64,000 bases of DNA, taken from the NCBI GenBank assembly GCA_963666565.1, contig OY762911.1, forward strand, positions 224,001 to 288,000, read 5' to 3'. Positions within the stretch are counted from its first letter, which is position 1. Each line of letters begins with the position of its first letter. The notes beneath the pieces are model-generated. The model had not been told where the DNA came from. It ran no database searches and saw only the letters and a list, made by a program, of their open reading frames with translations. Below, piece after piece: positions 61,272 through 64,000 of this stretch. This stretch comes from Thermoanaerobaculia bacterium (GTDB taxonomy: Bacteria; Acidobacteriota; Thermoanaerobaculia; Multivoradales; Multivoraceae). Both the position numbers and the translations under genes were made by a program.

Positions 61272-61275
<4 letters not shown>
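60886..61275 (-). CDS. rpsI: 30S ribosomal protein S9
   Basis: [29 protein letters not shown]; TTG start overlaps rplM stop. Confidence 0.97.
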
Positions 61276-61748
<473 letters not shown>

Positions 61749-61855
61749 TTCGCGTTCGTACCCTTGCCGGCCGGTGTCGCCGGCACTCCGTTGCGCGCGG
61801 ACCGACGGCAGTAGCGGACATACTCCGCCCGATCTCCCCGCGCAGAGGAACGGGG

Positions 61856-61885
61856 ATCGTAGAGTCCGGGAGCGGGCCTTGTCAA
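61856..61885 (-). promoter_or_regulatory. Sigma70 promoter of the rplM operon
   Basis: TTGACA-18 nt-TACGAT. Confidence 0.75.
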
Positions 61886-61913
61886 GACGAACGCCGGTCC
61901 GCGGACCGCCGCT

Positions 61914-62018
61914 CGCGGGTCTTCCGGCCTGCCCACCGGGTGCGCGGGTCTCCGGCCCGCCCACTGGGCGCGCGGGTCTTCCGACCTTCCCACTGGGCGC
62001 GCGGGTCTTCTGACCCGC
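61914..62018 (+). repeat. Tandem array of four REP-like hairpin-1 units (28-29 bp period)
   Basis: Consensus YGGGYGCGCGGGTCTTCCGACCCGCCCAC, head-to-tail, no spacers. Confidence 0.85.
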
Positions 62019-62042
62019 TTCCGGCGTATTCTCACCCACCTC

Positions 62043-62654
62043 ATGGCTGCTCTTCGGGTCGGACTGACCGGCGGCATCGCCAGCGGCAAGTCGACCGCCG
62101 GCAGGATGCTCGCGGAACTCGGCTGCGTCGTCACCGACGCCGACGCCCTGGTGGCCGAGCTGTACCGGCCGGGGGAACCGGGAGCGCGGGCCGTCGCCGA
62201 CCTCTTCGGCCGGCGGATGCTGAAGGCGGACGGCTCGGTGGACAAGGAAGCTCTCGGGCCCGCGGTCTTCGCCGACCTCGCCGGCCGCAAGCGCCTGGAA
62301 CGGGCGATCCACCCCCTCGTCGGCCAGCGCTACCTGGAGGTTCTGGCGGCCGCCGGCGACGGAGCGGTCGTCGTGTTCGAGGTGCCGCTGCTCGCCGAGG
62401 GAGGCGGCCGCGGGCGCTACGACGCCGTCGTGACGGTCGAAGCGCCGGAGGAACTGCGGCTCGACCGCGCCGTCGACCGCGGGCTGGACCGGGCTCAGGC
62501 CGAGGCGAGGATGGCGGCCCAGGCCACCGGCGAACAGCGCCGCGCCGCCGCCGACTTCGTCATCGAGAACACCGGCGGCCTGAACGCGCTCCGCGATCGG
62601 GTCGAGGCCGTGTACGCGGCCCTGAAGGAACAGGCGGAGCGCCGCCGCGAGTGA
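62043..62654 (+). CDS. coaE: Dephospho-CoA kinase
   Basis: [32 protein letters not shown]. Confidence 0.96.
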   Translation: MAALRVGLTGGIASGKSTAGRMLAELGCVVTDADALVAELYRPGEPGARAVADLFGRRMLKADGSVDKEALGPAVFADLAGRKRLERAIHPLVGQRYLEVLAAAGDGAVVVFEVPLLAEGGGRGRYDAVVTVEAPEELRLDRAVDRGLDRAQAEARMAAQATGEQRRAAADFVIENTGGLNALRDRVEAVYAALKEQAERRRE

Positions 62655-62655
62655 C

Positions 62656-63222
62656 TCAGACCCCTCCGAGCGCGCGCAGGAAGGCGCGCCAGGCGCGGCC
62701 TCGGTGGCCGATCCGGTCCTTCGTCTCGTCGCCGAGTTCGGCGTAGGTCCGCTCGAGTCCGTCGGGCTCGAACACCGGATCCCAGCCGAACCCGCCCTCG
62801 CCGCGGGCCGGCAGCACGAGCCGACCGGCCGTCGAACCCTCCGCCATCACCTCCCGGTCCCCGTCCCGGAGCATGAGAGCGCAGCGCGCCACGACCCCCG
62901 GATCGCCGGCGCGAATCGCGATTCCGGCGATGCCCTCGTCGCCCACCGCCTCCAGCATCCACTTGACCAGCGGACCGGGGAAGCCGTTCATGCAGGAGAG
63001 TTCCAGGCCCGTCTCCTCGACCACGACCGGCCGCCCCAGCCGCCGCCACGCGGCCCCGGCCTTGTGCCGCAGGACCTCGATCAGGTCTCCCGACTGGATC
63101 TCCGGCAGGTCGATGGCCGCCGTCTCCAGCGGACGACCGACGATCCGTTCCGCCTCGCGCCGCTTGTTCGCGTTGCCGGTGACCAGCACCCACGGCGACT
63201 CGCCGGCCTTGCCCGCGCTCAC
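62656..63222 (-). CDS. rdgB: Non-canonical purine NTP pyrophosphatase (HAM1/RdgB family)
   Basis: [13 protein letters not shown]-like [24 protein letters not shown]; GTG start inferred. Confidence 0.9.
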   Translation of the reverse strand: MSAGKAGESPWVLVTGNANKRREAERIVGRPLETAAIDLPEIQSGDLIEVLRHKAGAAWRRLGRPVVVEETGLELSCMNGFPGPLVKWMLEAVGDEGIAGIAIRAGDPGVVARCALMLRDGDREVMAEGSTAGRLVLPARGEGGFGWDPVFEPDGLERTYAELGDETKDRIGHRGRAWRAFLRALGGV

Positions 63223-63476
63223 CCGCGTACACCTGGAACCGAGGCAGCCAAGAGGCGAGCAGTGTAGCCCGCGCCTCGATGGCGGAGCGGCCGCTGGGTG
63301 CGCGGGTCTGACATCCGAGCGCCCGCAGACGAGCGCTCGGACTGTGACGCTGGCGGCACGAGGACGCGCCGCCAGGGTTCCGACCGGCTTCCGGCCGACC
63401 TCTGCCATACTCCCCGGCTTCTTCCGCGCCGCGAACCCGCGCGTGCGCGCGAACCGGCCGTGGCAAGGAACCGGAC

Positions 63477-64000
63477 ATGCCCGAACACCTCATCTCGATC
63501 GCCGACCTCGAGAACGGTCAACTCGAGTCGATCCTCGATCTCGCCCTGCGGCTCGCGGCCCGGCCGCACGCGCATCGCGACGCGCTCCGCGGCAGGTCGA
63601 TCGGCCTCTACTTCGAGAAGGCCTCGACCCGGACCCGCGTCAGCTTCGAGGTGGGGATGGGGCAACTCGGAGGCCAGGCGATCTTCCTCTCGAACCGCGA
63701 CCTCCAGATCGGCCGCGGCGAGACGATCGCCGACACCGCCCACGCCCTCTCGCGCTACGTCGACCTCCTGATGCTGCGGACCTTCGATCACGCCACCGTG
63801 GTCGAGATGGCCGAGCACGCCACGGTGCCTGTGATCAACGGCCTGACCGACGAACTGCATCCCTGCCAGGCGCTCGCCGACCTGATGACCGTACGCCAGG
63901 AGTTCGGCGACGTGCGCGGCCGCCGCATCGCCTACGTCGGCGACGGCAACAACGTGGCGCACTCCCTGATGATCGCCTGCGCCCGCGCCGGGGTCGACTT
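63477..64000 (+). CDS. argF: Ornithine carbamoyltransferase (partial, runs off window)
   Basis: FEKASTRTRVSFE, GETIADTA, HPCQALAD, YVGDGNNVAHSL. Confidence 0.95.
   Translation, partial: MPEHLISIADLENGQLESILDLALRLAARPHAHRDALRGRSIGLYFEKASTRTRVSFEVGMGQLGGQAIFLSNRDLQIGRGETIADTAHALSRYVDLLMLRTFDHATVVEMAEHATVPVINGLTDELHPCQALADLMTVRQEFGDVRGRRIAYVGDGNNVAHSLMIACARAGVD

Noticed and set aside
61914-62018. Possible mini-CRISPR array
   Set aside because: Units abut with no unique spacers, match the dispersed REP-like family, and no cas genes are present

Overview
High-GC bacterial chromosome segment, most likely Acidobacteriota (RpoB carries a Cys-rich N-terminal insertion; gene order rplM-rpsI-rpsB-tsf-pyrH-frr). 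Both ends are core housekeeping on the minus strand. 1-20.2 kb holds tRNA-Thr-tuf-tRNA-Trp-secE-nusG-rplKAJL-rpoBC-rpsLG-fusA-tuf-rpsJ-rplCDW-rplB'. 55.2-64 kb holds rplM-rpsI-rpsB-tsf-pyrH-frr-ispDF-rlmB-tRNA Thr/Tyr/Gly, then coaE, rdgB and argF'. About 35 kb separates the tRNA-Thr/Tyr/Gly genes from tRNA-Thr-tuf, which are adjacent in many bacteria. That interval contains a Pho regulon (phoBRU, an OprO/P-type porin, pstSCAB1B2, with 11-bp-periodic Pho-box-like repeats) and a decaying defence/TA islet (orphan 5'-truncated mcrC, nonsense-inactivated hicA, truncated hicB, ISL3 remnant, internally deleted SulP gene, intact AbrB-VapC). It also contains three tandem atypical cytochrome P450s, a LolA-like/ABC/outer-membrane module and several enzymes. 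The most unusual signals are non-coding: a dispersed ~70-bp three-hairpin REP/MITE-like family with covarying stems and an invariant GNA triloop, and a tRNA-Gly trailer carrying a perfect 24-bp antisense copy of the tRNA 3' end plus a competing second copy. All calls are from reading the sequence by eye; no searches were run.
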